Source: a virus (Duplodnaviria > Heunggongvirae > Uroviricota > Caudoviricetes). Taken from it: a stretch of 17,760 nucleotides of DNA. This document shows, one piece after another, positions 17,503-17,760 of the stretch. The translations under genes and the position numbers were made by a program. The stretch lies in the IMG/VR virus record IMGVR_UViG_2609459861_000001; one strand, 5' to 3'. The notes beneath the pieces were generated by a model, which saw nothing but the letters and a program-made list of their open reading frames with translations, was not told the DNA's origin and did no database searches. Positions within the stretch are counted from its first letter, which is position 1. Each line of letters starts with the position of its first letter.

Positions 17503-17760
17503 TCAGGCGTCCAGATTTTCTTTCACCCATGCAGCAAAATCGGTATAGCCGCCGATATGTTGCTGATCGACAAAAATCTGCGGCACGGTTTCTACGGGTT
17601 TACCTGCCTTTTGTTGTAGATCTTCTTTAGTGATCCCTTCCGCACGAATATCTACATACTGATACTGAAAATCATCGCGTTCATTGCTCAATTTCTCAGC
17701 CAGATCTTTTGCACGCACACAGTAAGGGCAACCCGAACGACCAAAAATAACGGTTTGCAT
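17503..17760 (-). CDS. grxA: glutaredoxin 1
   Basis: 85 aa with the CPYC active site (GRSGCPYCVRAK). The ATG is at the last three bases of the window. Confidence 0.9.
   Translation of the reverse strand: MQTVIFGRSGCPYCVRAKDLAEKLSNERDDFQYQYVDIRAEGITKEDLQQKAGKPVETVPQIFVDQQHIGGYTDFAAWVKENLDA

Noticed and set aside
1-17760. CRISPR arrays, tRNA or rRNA genes, IS elements
   Set aside because: No regularly spaced direct repeats, no cloverleaf-like tRNA candidates and no transposase-like ORFs or terminal inverted repeats were seen on either strand.

Overview
The window holds a 186/P2-family temperate prophage (about 1-14,905) followed by E. coli host genes ybjL, ybjM and grxA (15,141-17,760). The prophage is read left to right as: integrase; a small secreted-peptide moron; a 186-type immunity switch (cI, apl, cII, fil); early genes including a TraR-like zinc-finger protein, a Dam-family methylase and the gpA-type replication initiator; a LexA-box-controlled DinI/Tum-like module; a terminator and a cos-like sequence; an A+T-rich cargo gene; portal and large terminase genes on the minus strand; then a short O'-'T-like ORF, gpU, gpD and ogr. 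Capsid, small terminase, lysis and most tail genes are absent, so the element looks like a deletion-derived, defective prophage. The strongest candidate for something new is the 383-aa cargo ORF at 8086-9237, which sits where P2-like phages carry anti-phage cargo (old/tin position) and has an HEPN-like Rx4H motif. All homology calls are from reading the translations and recalled family signatures; no database search was run. The left attachment site lies outside the window.
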